This document shows positions 1 through 11,879 of a stretch of DNA of 64,000 bases, piece by piece. This stretch comes from Macrostomum lignano. Its lineage: Eukaryota. The stretch spans positions 293,447 to 357,446 of the forward strand of contig NIVC01001104.1 in the NCBI GenBank assembly GCA_002269645.1, written 5' to 3'. Each line of letters begins with the position of its first letter. The stretch's first letter is position 1. The notes beneath the pieces are model-generated. The model saw nothing but the letters and a program-made list of their open reading frames with translations, ran no database searches and was not told the DNA's origin. Made by a program: the position numbers and the translations under genes.

Positions 1-360
1 CACATCGTCGAAAAGTTTAGCAAACATCATCACAAGCTCGAAAAGACACAAGCTCTAAGCCTAACCCCAAGGCACTAACCCTAAGGCACCAGTACCCTAG
101 CCTAACCCTGAACCATAACCCTAAGGCACTAACCCCGACCCCAACCCTAAACTTAACCCTAAACCCTAACCCTAAGGCACAAGGTCTAACCCTAACCCTA
201 TTCGAGCTTGTGATGGTGGTTGCTAACCTTTTCGACGATATGATTTTTCGAGCTTATGACTTTTCGAGCTTGTGATGGTAGATGCTTTTCGACGATGTGA
301 TTTTTCGAGCTTGTGATGGTAGATGCTTTTCGACGATGTGATTTTTCGAGCTTGTGATGG
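1..360. repeat. Inverted repeat (1-42 vs 201-242) flanking degenerate telomere-like (CCCTAA) repeats, followed by tandem TTTTCGAGCTTGTGATGG units; probably a non-autonomous element
   Basis: The reverse complement of 1-42 matches 201-242 at 38/42. TAACCCTAA units are present at 59-200. Confidence 0.7.
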
Positions 361-1407
361 GCCCCCCATTTCAACCCCCCCCCCTCTCAGAGTCGTAGCT
401 TCCGCCTTTGAAAAAGCATTGGGCTGAAGCTTTCTATCTTTATGAATAGTATGTAAAAAGCCAGTTGGCGTCACACACGTTGAACTTGTAAAAGCCAAGG
501 GTCGAAATATTTTTTTGTATCTCGAGGGGCTGATAAGGAATCTAGCTCATGACCGCGGGCCAGGTGAGATATAGGAAAAAAAGAACAGGGAATTGAGGAG
601 AGAAAAGAGATCAGGAAAGAGGAGATAAGGAGAGATGAAATGAAATGACATATAGCAGAGAAAGGAAAAGGAGAGAAGAGAGCTGAGAAGAGACACAAAC
701 CTCGAGCGGCCCGGATGCTATTGTGAAGTTTCAAAGGACCCGAAGGCCTGAGTTTGCGGACCCCTGGATTTAAACCCGGATGTAAACAACTGAAGTTTGT
801 CCTGTCCCGGGTGTGAGCAACAAAATTTGTTTAGCTATAGGATGTAATTTTTTTCCTTCTTTTTTATAAAAATAGAAGGTACAAAAAATGTATCTCGTAG
901 TAGGCTAACAAACTGTTTCTTTCAGCTAACAACAAGGACACAATAGAACACCTTTGAAGTGGCATGATATCATGAAATTTCAGAATATATACACGTAAAC
1001 AGATAACCAAGCATTGAACAAACACACAGGTGAGCAAATTTTGATGATAGTGACGAGTTAGAACAGGGGTCGGCCCTCAGAGAGAGAACAGAACATATGC
1101 AGCCCTCAGAAGCCTCTCTATTCCGGCCCTCGCGTCCTTTGAAACTTTACAATGGCAATGGCAAATCTCTATCAAGGTTTGTCTCTTCTCAGCTCTCTTG
1201 CTTCCTCTCTCCTCTCTCCGATCTCCTCTCTCCCCTCTCTCATCTTCTCTCATCTCCCCTCTCTCCCTTCTCCTTTTTACTGGCCTGCAGCCATGAGCTG
1301 GATTTCTCTATCTGATCCAAATTGCTACTGTTAGAAATTCAAATTGCTACTAATAGTACAGTTTCGCGGTTTCTAAGTTAAAGCGTGAAACTTGCCGAAA
1401 AACTCAC

Positions 1408-1764
1408 CCGTTGCAGCAGATTCTCCCTATTGACCTCCATTTCCTCCTGCAGCCGCGGCGCCCAGAACCAGTCCCTGTTGGCCACGCTGGCATCGGCCGT
1501 TGGCAGTCGAACTGTGGACACGGCGCCCGTCCTGTCGGATGCGGTGGTCACTGGCGCAGGCTGCTGCGGCTCCTCGGGCGCCGGCCTCGACAGCCACAGG
1601 ACGAATTCAGTGAGAGATTTTGTTGCCCAAACGTCACCATAGTAACCGTTGGCGTCCAGATGAAGCACGCTGCTGCGAGCCCTGCCGAGAGCGGATGATA
1701 GCATAGCCTCCGTGATGCCGGTGCCCACCACGATGACATCGTAAGAGTCCAACAGCCGGTCCAT
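1408..1764 (-). CDS. CHM: Rab escort protein (REP/choroideremia-like, GDI/REP family), first coding exon; the rest of the gene lies left of the window
   Basis: Translation YDVIVVGTGITEAMLSSALGRARSSVLHLDANGYYGDVWAT matches the GDI/REP N-terminal GxG and LHxD..YYG motifs. The following W and a long low-complexity insertion are REP-like rather than GDI-like. The exon ends CGG|GTGAGT at 1408/1407 (phase 0). Start is ATG 1764 or the upstream in-frame ATG 1779. Confidence 0.85.
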
Positions 1765-2619
1765 CGAGGGCCTAAGCATTCGTAGTTAATTTATGTTTAT
1801 GCAGTAATTAGGCTAAGATGGTGATTTTTATAGCATTGAATTAGGGCTGCCGGATCTTGGGTCTTTTCTTTAAAATGATAAGCGCAATTGTATTTTGCCT
1901 TTGCCTTAGCCTTAGCTTGTAACAGGATTAGCCATAGATAACTGTTGTAAGCCATTGTGCACTTTTAGTTGCTTCGCAGTCAAGCACGTGGAAAAGAAAT
2001 CTTGCGAAAAAGAAATCTGCCAAGAAAAAAGAAATGGAAAGTTATACATGCGAGAGTCGGATCCGGATAAGTGAGTTCAGTTTTGTTCTCTGTAGAGAAC
2101 CCGAATAAATTCCTGATGATATTGTATTCAGCTTTGTCGAACAATTACATGTAACAGTCTCAGTGTTCATTCTGAATTTTTATGAATTCTTGCTAATGGC
2201 TTTGATCCAGTCTTTCTGGTCGCTGTCTTCATTTAACTTTTTTAATTCAGACATTCATCGTTTTGTATCTCGAGTTTTGGTAACAAAAGCGAGTCCATCC
2301 ATAATATTAATGTTTGGTGTACATCCAGCGAAATCCAAGTAATCAAGATCAAAAAGAACATCTGACAAGAGAAAATGACTATTTATAAGCAACCGTTGAG
2401 AAATCTGATGCTTGATTTTGTAGCCTGTACAATCTTAGTCTTAGTAGCGCAACCAGAAATCCAGAAATTTGTTGGGGGCGGATTGGGGGGTCGATAGGGC
2501 GGGCATATACATACTTAGGCATGCACTTAGGCATTTATACTTACCCCATGGTTGTGCCCCTGCAATTAGTCTCGTCTTTATTTTCTCCCGCGTCTGCTTT
2601 ACTGATTCAGTTCACATAT

Positions 2620-2940
2620 AGCCAAGGGCGTCGCCATGGATGGTAGGGGGAACAAAGCCAAGAATTCAACATGTACATGTGTACATGACTAAATTTTGGC
2701 ACTCCTTTTGGCGCCGCAGGCACTCATTTTAGGGCTGAAAGCACTCATTTTAGCACCGCAGGCATTTCTTTTAGCGCCGCAGGCACTCATTTTAGCGCCG
2801 AAGGCGCTATATTTTGGCACCCTAAAGAAAAATTATTGATTACCAAAGCGACTCACAAGGTGGGGGTGGGGGACAAAGCATTGGCATGTTCCCCCAGAGC
2901 TTTTACTGGGGGGACATGTCCCCCTGTCCGCCCCCCCCAG
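2620..2940. repeat. Interspersed MITE-like repeat with internal ~22-bp tandem units
   Basis: Begins GGGCGTCGCCATGG; internal GCACTCATTTTAGCGCCGCAG units at 2700-2820; palindromic GGGGACATGTCCCC near 2911-2924. Confidence 0.35.
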
Positions 2941-3165
2941 TGAGTTTTTTATGCGATCAGTCACTAATATTTATAGAAAAAATGTTTCATTCATCCCTAC
3001 CAACGTTGATAGTTTAAAAACTGTATTATGGTATAAAAGCCATGTATGTATATAGAGCTAAAGTATCTGTCAAAGTTCCGGATGCATTGTTATTTCTCAT
3101 GATACAAATTGCTTATTGACCGCGCGATAATTTAAAAGATATTACACGATAATGGGAAATTTTCT

Positions 3166-3178
3166 GTGACGTCACGTG
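3166..3178. promoter_or_regulatory. Overlapping CRE (TGACGTCA) and E-box (CACGTG) between the divergent REP and dNK genes
   Basis: Sequence GTGACGTCACGTG; function not shown. Confidence 0.3.
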
Positions 3179-4427
3179 CGTGCCCACTGCACTCTGTTGC
3201 TTATGTTACTAATATATATGTAATATGTTAGGCCTAGTAAGCTATTTAGTAATTTTATTAACATTAGCTATCAAGGTTGTGCAGGCGATGGTTGTCGAAA
3301 GTTCTATACTATACTTCTAAAATAAAAAACTTGTGTACTTTGCCTAACATATAGTATATCATATATGCTCATACTTTACTTAGTGTAGTATACTAGCTAT
3401 ATTTTTCTAATTTTCCCATGTTTTAAAAGAGTATATCAAGGTTTGCCACTTTGCTGGGCGTTTTTTAAATACAGCTAATGCATTTTGCTCTTTGAAATTT
3501 TTATTTGCTTTATTTCTGCTTTATATATTCTGCCATTTATCAAATGATCATCATGGTCATAGCTCTAACACTAACAAGGACCTTGGGTTTGGGCCTACTG
3601 TAATTTGTTTTTACTGTATCTATCACTAGTAAAGTAAAGTAAACTTAACTATTGGCACTGTTAGCCATCAATCCTAGTTATTATTGTTATATACATTTTA
3701 TTTATATAATATCGGTGAATAATACCAGTGAAAATTATTTGGGAATTGTCAAGTTCTGTTTGTTAAATTACTTTGACTCTAGAAAAGTACTGTACAAACT
3801 ATTTTAAGTACAAATAACTAATTGCTAGCTATGTTGACATGTAATTAAATAATAGTTTAAAATTATTTTAGCCTTGCAAGTTGCAATTGATATTAGATTA
3901 ACATGAAAGACAAAATGATTATGCCTTGTCTCTTAAATCCTTGGTTTTTAGTGTTTAAAAATTACAATAAAAAATTAAGTCCAGATTTGGGTCTAAAATA
4001 CTAAATTACAGTTATGAAATTCAATTAAAGACTAGGCCCTAACATTTATCTATTAATAATATTTTACTGTCTTGCAATGATTTAATTGCATTTAATTATG
4101 CAATTATGCATTGGATTTGTGATTGTTAGTTCTCTGCTATGATTGGTCTTTTGACAAGGTAACCTTAGAAATGCCTTTAATAATTATAATATTTATTATT
4201 TTAATTTTGAACTATATTAATAATCCAATGTTTATATTTTTTCTATTGATTTGACATTTTATCTGAACTAATATGTTCATTTAGTGTAAAAATGAAACTA
4301 TTTTATTTATTTGTTTTACTAATTTCAGAATTCAAGAATAATTCTTAATTATAAACTGAAGGGAAATTTCTTCAGTCCATTCAAAAGCTTACCTGCACTT
4401 GGTCCAAATAGAACTCATATTTTATGT

Positions 4428-7400
4428 ATGCATACTGTCTGCAAAGATGTTGAGCAGCGGACAAAATTTATTGTGAGATACTTTGTTAATCTATTTAGTT
4501 AGTTCTATCTATAATCTTTAAAAACTAGCTATGAGATTTAGTATAAGATTTGCTAGCTGTGAAATTTGACAGCTGTGAGATTTGCTAGCTGTGAGATTTG
4601 CCAGCTGTGAGATATGCCAGCTGTGAGATTTGCCAGCTGTAAAATATGCCAGCTGTGAGATATGCCAGCTGTGAGATTTTCCAGCTGTGAGATTTGCCAG
4701 CTGTGAGATTTTCCAGTTGTGAGATTTTCCAGTTGTGAGATTTGCCAGCTGTGAGATTTTCCAGTTGTAAAATATGCCAGCTGTGAGATATGCCAGCTGT
4801 GAGATTTTCCAGCTGTGAGATTTGCCAGCTGTGAGATTTTCCAGCTGTGAGATTTGCCAGCTGTGAGATTTTCCAGTTGTGAGATTTGCCAGCTGTGAGA
4901 TTTGCCAGCTGTGAGATTTGCCAGCTGTGAGATTTTCCAGTTGTGAGATTTGCCAGAGCCCCTGTGAGATTTGCTAGCTGTGAGATTTGCCAGCTGTGAG
5001 ATATGCCAGCTGTGAGATTTGCTGTGAGATTTGACAGCTGTGAGATTTGCTAGCTGTGAGATTTGCTAGCTGTGAAATTTGCTAGCTGTGAGATTTGACA
5101 GCTGTGAGATTTGCCAGCTGTGAGATTTTCCAGTTGTGAGATTTGCCAGAGCCCCTGTGAGATTTGCCAGCTGTGAGATTTGCCAGCTGTGAGATTTTCC
5201 AGTTGTGAGATTTGCCAGAGCCCCTGTGAGATTTGCCAGCTGTGAGATTTGCCAGCTGTGAGATTTTCCAGTTGTGAGATTTGCCAGAGCCCCTGTGAGA
5301 TTTGCTAGCTGTGAGATTTGCCAGCTGTGAGATATGCCAGCTGTGAGATTTGCTGTGAGATTTGACAGCTGTGAGATTTGCTAGCTGTGAGATTTGCTAG
5401 CTGTGAAATTTGCTAGCTGTGAGATTTGACAGCTGTGAGATTTGCCAGCTGTGAGATATGCCAGCTGTGAGATATGCCAGCTGTGAGATTCGCTGTGAGA
5501 TTTGACAGCTGTGAGATTTGCCAGCTGTGAGATTTTCCAGTTGTGAGATTTGCCAGAGCCCCTGTGAGATTTGCCAGCTGTGAGATTTGCCAGCTGTGAG
5601 ATTTGCCAGCTGTGAGATATGCCAGCTGTGAGATTTGACAGCTGTGAGATATGCCAGCTGTGAGATATGCCAGCTGTGAGATATGCCAGCTGTGAGATTC
5701 GCTGTGAGATTTGACAGCTGTGAGATTTGCCAGCTGTGAGATTTTCCAGTTGTGAGATTTGCCAGAGCCCCTATGAGATTTGCCAGCTGTGAGATTTGCT
5801 TCCTATTCTCGTTCTCAGGCTGGCCTTGAAGGCAACATTGGCAGCGGAAAAACTTCACTTGTGGCCGAGTTAAAACGCCGTATTAACAATAGTTCGTTGG
5901 AACCATTAAAATTCGTTGACGAACCGGTGGAAAAGTGGACTGACTTCAATGGCATTAATCTGCTGCAGCTGATGTACAGCGACCCGATTCGTTGGTCAAA
6001 TTTATTTCAAGCCTACGTTATGCTCACTATGGTTGATGGGCATCGCCAGGCCGACCTAGTGAGCGAAGGACCATGTCTGATAGAGAGAACACTTCATTCG
6101 TGTGCTCAAATATTTGTGAAGAGTCTGCATCAGAGGTGAAAATTTAAATAAACCAGCTACTTGAATTCAGCAATAAGAATCCTCATCTGTGTCAGCTATA
6201 ATAATCCCCATCTCATACTAATCCCCATCTCATAAGAATCCCCATCTCATAGGAATCCCCATCTCATAGGAATCCACATCTCATAGGAATCCGCATCTCA
6301 TAGGAGTCCGCATCTCATAGGAGTCCGCATCTCATAGGAGTCCGCATCCAATGCTTCCAATTCATATTCGCCATTCCATCGAATTCAGGGGCCAATTGGA
6401 GAGCTGCGACTATGAAATTCTGTGTCAGTGGTACAAATCGTTTATTGAGAATCAGCTCTACCATCTGGATCTGATTAGTGAGTTGCCTGCGTTCGAAAGG
6501 TAGTAGTGAGAGGGATCAAAGGATTGTAGAGAAAGGGAACAAAGTGTAGGGACAGGAATCAAATGGTTGTAGGGAGAGGGATCGAAGGGTTGTTGGGAGA
6601 GGGATCGAAGGTTTGTAGGGAGAGGGATCGAAGGTTTGTAGGGAGAGGGATCGAAGGGTTGTAGGGAGAGGGCTCGAAGGGGTTGTAGGGAGAGGGCTCG
6701 AAGGGGTTGTAGGGAGAGGGATCGAAGGGTTGTAGGGAGAGGGATCGAAGGGTTGTAGGGAGAGGGATCGAAGGGTTGTAGGGAGAGGGCTTGAAGGGGT
6801 TGTAGGGAGAGGGATCGAAGGTTTGTAGGGAGAGGGATCGAAGGTTTGTAGGGAGAGGGATCGAAGGGGTTGTAAGGAGAGGGATCGAAGGGTTGTAGGG
6901 AGAGGGCTCGAAGGGGTTGTAGGGAGAGGGATCGAAGGGTTGTAGGGAGAGGGCTCGAAGGGGTTGTAGGGAGAGGGATCGAAGGGGTTGTAGGGAGAGG
7001 GATCGAAGTGGTGTTAGCCAGGAATTTGTGGATGACGATTTTGGAGGCCATTCCACTCGGCAAAGTGTGATATTGGTCGTAGCAAATCGAATTCGCTGGA
7101 TCTCACTAACCAACGCGTATTTTGCGTTGCCCGCCGCAGTTTACCTGAGAGCCAGTCCGTCTGTTTGCCTTGAACGGGTTCGCCGGCGCGATAGAAACGA
7201 GGAGAGAGGCATCAGCCTTGTGAGTTCTCTATTTGTCCTGCTTGATTAACCTGAAGAGTAATTTGTTTTTTTATGTTTCTACTTGTCAGTAGTCTAATTA
7301 GAATTTTAATTCCCGTTAAATGTATTTGCATATTTTTTTAAATTGTCATTTTTGCAGCCAATTTGTATCGGAAATAATTGATGTTGTGCCCTGTGCGAGC

Positions 7401-10400
7401 TAATCACACACCAATTAGAATAGATGAATATTCCCCATTATCCAGATTAATTATTAATTAGTCCTCAATTAGACTGATGGATCGCGATCCGATGGGTGGA
7501 ATAAGCGGTGGCCTTAATTTTTTGCAAGTCTGCTTTGTATTTTTCTAACCAAAAACTCGCATTTATGCGGCTGTGCGATCCGCGTGATTTATTTGTTTTT
7601 TTATATACTAATTTCATGCTAATTCTGAGAGGGGGCAAAGACGCCGGATAAATAGGCAACCAAGGCAGCTGATCCTCTGAGCAGTTGGAAAGTAGCAATC
7701 AAAGCAGTAATGCCCGAATTTTTGTTCTCTGAAAGGCTCCTATTGTGTTTCTTTCTTAATCGCTAATCTCTGTGTTCTACCGCAAAGTTGTCTCGTTGAA
7801 ATCTTGTACTAAAAGAGAAGGAGCATGTTATAAGTTAAGAGGATTACGCCAAAATATCGGTCGCCGCTGAACATGGTTGCAGCAATAAAGTGGAATTATT
7901 TGTTAGCAAACAGAAGTAACCTGAGACTTCCAAAAGCGGTCTGATATGACCATAGAAATAGGTAGTCAGAACAGTAAACAAACTACACTTGTGCATAACA
8001 GAGCAGAAGACAGGGTCACCTGAAGGGAGGAACTGAAGAAAAAGCAGAAGACAGAAGGAACTGAAGAAAAAGCAGAAAATGGGAGGAACTGAAGAAAAAG
8101 CAGAAGACAGAAGGAACTGAAGAAAAGGCAGAAAATGGGAGGAACTGAAGAAAAAGCAGAAAGCGGGAGCAACTGATGACAGAGAAGCAGAAAACGGGAA
8201 GAACTGAAGAAAAAGCAGATGGGAGGAGAAACTAAGAGAAAAGCAGAAGGCAGGAGGAACTGAAGGAAAAGCAGAAGACGGGGGGAACTGAAGGAAAAGC
8301 AGAAGACGGGAGGAACTGAAAGAAAAGCAGAAGACGGAAAAAGAAGACGGGAAAGAAGACGGCTGCTAAGGGAAAAGCAGAAGACGGGAAGAAACTGAAG
8401 GAAAAACAGAAGACGGGAAGAAACTGAAGGAAAAGCAGAAGACGGGAAGAAACTGAAGGAAAAGCAGAAGACGGGGGGAACTGAAGGAAAAGCAGAAGAC
8501 GGGAGGAACTGAAAGAAAAGCAGAAGACGGAAAAAGAAGACGGGAAAGAAGACGGCTGCTAAGGGAAAAGCAGAAGACGGGAAGAAACTGAAGGAAAAAC
8601 AGAAGACGGGAAGAAACTGAAGGAAAAGCAGAAGACGGGAAGAAACTGAAGGAAAAGCAGAAGACGGGGGGAACTGAAGGAAAATCAGAAGACGGGGGGA
8701 ACTGAAAGAAAATCAGAAGACGGGGGGAACTGAAGAAAAATCAGAAGACGGGGGGAACTGAAGGAAAAGCAGAAGACGGGGGGAACTGAAGGAAAATCAG
8801 AAGACGGGGGGAACTGAAGGAAAATCAGAAGACGGGGGGAACTAAGGAAAAAGCAGACGACGGGAGGAACTAAGGGAAAAGCAGAAGACGGGAGGAACTA
8901 AGAAAAAAGCAGAAGACGGGAGGAACTAAGGGAAAAGCAGAAGACGGGAGGAACTAAGAAAAAAGCAGAAGACGGGAGGAACTAAGGGAAAAGCAGAAGA
9001 CGGGAGGAACTAAGGGAAAAGCAGAAGACGAGAGGAACTAAGGGAAAATTAGAAGACGGGAGGAACTAAGGGAAAAGCAGAAGACGGGGGGAACTAAGGG
9101 AAAAGCAGAAGACGAGAGGAACTAAGGGAAAAGCAGACGACGGGAGGAACTAAGGAAAAAGCAGAAGACGGGAGGAACTAAGGGAAAAGCAGACGACGGG
9201 AGGAACTAAGGAAAAAGCAGAAGACGGGAGGAACTGAAAGAAAAGCAGAAGACGGAAAAAGAAGACGGGAAAGAAGACGGCTGCTAAGGGAAAAGCAGAA
9301 GACGGGAAGAAACTGAAGGGAAAGCAGAAGACGGGGAACTGAAGGAAAATCAGAAGACAAGAGGAACTAAGGGAAAAGCAGACGACGGGGGGAACTAAGG
9401 GAAAAGCAGAAGACGGGAGGAACTAAGGGAAAAGCAGAAGACGGGAGGAACTAAGGGAAAAGCAGAAGACGAGAGGAACTAAGGGAAAAGCAGAAGACGA
9501 GAGGAACTAAGGGAAAAGCAGAAGACGAGAGGAACTAAGGGAAAAGCAGAAGACGGGAGGAACTAAGGGAAAAGCAGAAGACGGGAGGAACTAAGGGAAA
9601 AGCAGAAGACGAGAGGAACTAAGGGAAAAGCAGAAGACGAGAGGAACTAAGGGAAAAGCAGACGACGGGAGGAACTAAGGGAAAAGCAGAAGACGAGAGG
9701 AACTAAGGGAAAAGCAGAAGACGGGAGGAACTAAGGGAAAAGCAGAAGACGGGAAGAAACTGAAGGAAAAGCAGAAGACGGGGGGAACTGAAGGAAAAGC
9801 AGAAGACGGGAGGAACTGAAAGAAAAGCAGAAGACGGAAAAAGAAGACGGGAAAGAAGACGGCTGCTAAGGGAAAAGCAGAAGACGGGAAGAAACTGAAG
9901 GAAAAACAGAAGACGGGAAGAAACTGAAGGAAAAGCAGAAGACGGGAAGAAACTGAAGGAAAAGCAGAAGACGGGGGGAACTGAAGGAAAATCAGAAGAC
10001 GGGGGGAACTGAAAGAAAATCAGAAGACGGGGGGAACTGAAGGAAAATCAGAAGACGGGGGGAACTGAAGGAAAAGCAGAAGACGGGGGGAACTGAAGGA
10101 AAATCAGAAGACGGGGGGAACTGAAGGAAAATCAGAAGACGGGGGGAACTAAGGAAAAAGCAGACGACGGGAGGAACTAAGAAAAAAGCAGAAGACGGGA
10201 GGAACTAAGGGAAAAGCAGAAGACGGGAGGAACTAAGAAAAAAGCAGAAGACGGGAGGAACTAAGGGAAAAGCAGAAGACGGGAGGAACTAAGGGAAAAG
10301 CAGAAGACGAGAGGAACTAAGGGAAAATTAGAAGACGGGAGGAACTAAGGGAAAAGCAGACGACGGGGGGAACTAAGGGAAAAGCAGAAGACGAGAGGAA

Positions 10401-11740
10401 CTAAGGGAAAAGCAGACGACGGGAGGAACTAAGGAAAAAGCAGAAGACGGGAGGAACTAAGGGAAAAGCAGACGACGGGAGGAACTAAGGAAAAAGCAGA
10501 AGACGGGAGGAACTGAAAGAAAAGCAGAAGACGGAAAAAGAAGACGGGAAAGAAGACGGCTGCTAAGGGAAAAGCAGAAGACGGGAAGAAACTGAAGGGA
10601 AAGCAGAAGACGGGGAACTGAAGGAAAATCAGAAGACAAGAGGAACTAAGGGAAAAGCAGACGACGGGGGGAACTAAGGGAAAAGCAGAAGACGGGAGGA
10701 ACTAAGGGAAAAGCAGAAGACGGGAGGAACTAAGGGAAAAGCAGAAGACGAGAGGAACTAAGGGAAAAGCAGAAGACGAGAGGAACTAAGGGAAAAGCAG
10801 AAGACGAGAGGAACTAAGGGAAAAGCAGAAGACGGGAGGAACTAAGGGAAAAGCAGAAGACGGGAGGAACTAAGGGAAAAGCAGAAGACGAGAGGAACTA
10901 AGGGAAAAGCAGAAGACGAGAGGAACTAAGGGAAAAGCAGACGACGGGAGGAACTAAGGAAAAAGCAGAAGACGAGAGGAACTAAGGGAAAAGCAGAAGA
11001 CGGGAGGAACTAAGGGAAAAGCAGAAGACGGGAGGAACTAAGGGAAAAGCAGAAGACGGGAGGAACTAAGGGAAAAGCAGAAGACGGGAAGAAACTGAAG
11101 GAAAAGCAGAAGACGAGAGGAACTAAGGGAAAAGCAGAAGACGGGAGGAACTAAGGGAAAAGCAGAAGACGGGAAGAAACTGAAGGAAAAGCAGACGACG
11201 GGAGGAACTAAGGGAAAAGCAGACGACGGGAGGAACTAAGGAAAAGCAGACGACGGGAGGAACTAAGGGAAAAGCAGACGACGGGAGGAACTAAGGAAAA
11301 GCAGACGACGGGAGGAACTAAGGAAAAAGCAGAAGACGGAAAAAGAAGACGGGAAAGAAGACGGCTGCTAAGGGAAAAGCAGAAGACGGGAGGAACTGAA
11401 GTAAAAGCAGAAAGCGGGAGCAACTGAAGGAAAAGCAGAAGACGGGAGAAACTGAATGAAAGGCTGGTAGACATTAGGTCGTCAATAACAACAAAAAGTA
11501 CAACCAAAATGAAGCAGCCTCCCCAATGGACCTTAGCTAATTTTATTTCACTTGGGCCAGGAGCTGCTAGCCGGAATGCACGAACTGCACGAGAGCTGGC
11601 TGGCCAGTGCCGACTCTCGACCGCCAATCGGGGCCGATCGCGTGGTCGTTCTCGACGCGGAATGCTCTCCTGAGCAGCTGAACGAGCAGTGGGATCGGCT
11701 GGTTGTCCCGTTGCTGCCGAGTAGAAAAGTCGCTGAATAG
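4428..11740 (+). CDS. TK2: Deoxynucleoside kinase, TK2/Dm-dNK type (~236 aa from ATG 4428). Exons 4428-4472, 5819-6135, 6389-6477, 7140-7219, 11561-11740
   Basis: P-loop LEGNIGSGKT, then VDEPVEKW, FQAYVMLTM, ERT (ERS-like), DLIIYLRASP, lid RVRRRDRNEE and LHESWL. All four introns are GT-AG with consistent phases (0,2,1,0). Branch-like CTCACTAAC at 7102-7110. The first exon is less certain than the rest. Confidence 0.9.
4553..5800. repeat. 16-bp minisatellite GCTGTGAGATTTGCCA (dNK intron 1)
   Basis: Direct tandem copies ending about 18 nt before the acceptor. Confidence 0.95.
6495..7015. repeat. 23/24-bp minisatellite GGGAGAGGGATCGAAGGGTTGTA (dNK intron 3); a 15-17-bp array also lies at 6178-6345 (intron 2)
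   Basis: Tandem copies visible. Confidence 0.95.
7990..11460. repeat. ~28-bp purine-rich minisatellite GGAGGAACTAAGGGAAAAGCAGAAGACG with higher-order duplication (dNK intron 4)
   Basis: Tandem copies; identical blocks at 9178-9360 and 10457-10639. Confidence 0.95.
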
Positions 11741-11879
11741 CGCAGCAGCTAGCGTGTGTGACGCTGCCCTGGTGATCTGTATGAAATTGCGGCTTGTTTT
11801 GTGTATTATAGATTACTATTTTCATGTTATACCTCTAGCGAAGCGGGTAGCCAACACGTCATCACAAATTAATGATTAC

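Noticed and set aside
59-200. True telomere
   Set aside because: Short, degenerate, internal to an intron and flanked by non-telomeric sequence.
1981-2076. Basic short frame and GTGAGT donor as a first coding exon of dNK
   Set aside because: The ATG-containing frames splice out of phase with the 4329 exon and hit stops; at most a UTR exon.
7465-7698. Nested minus-strand ORF in dNK intron 4
   Set aside because: AT-rich, no convincing acceptor and no recognisable motif.
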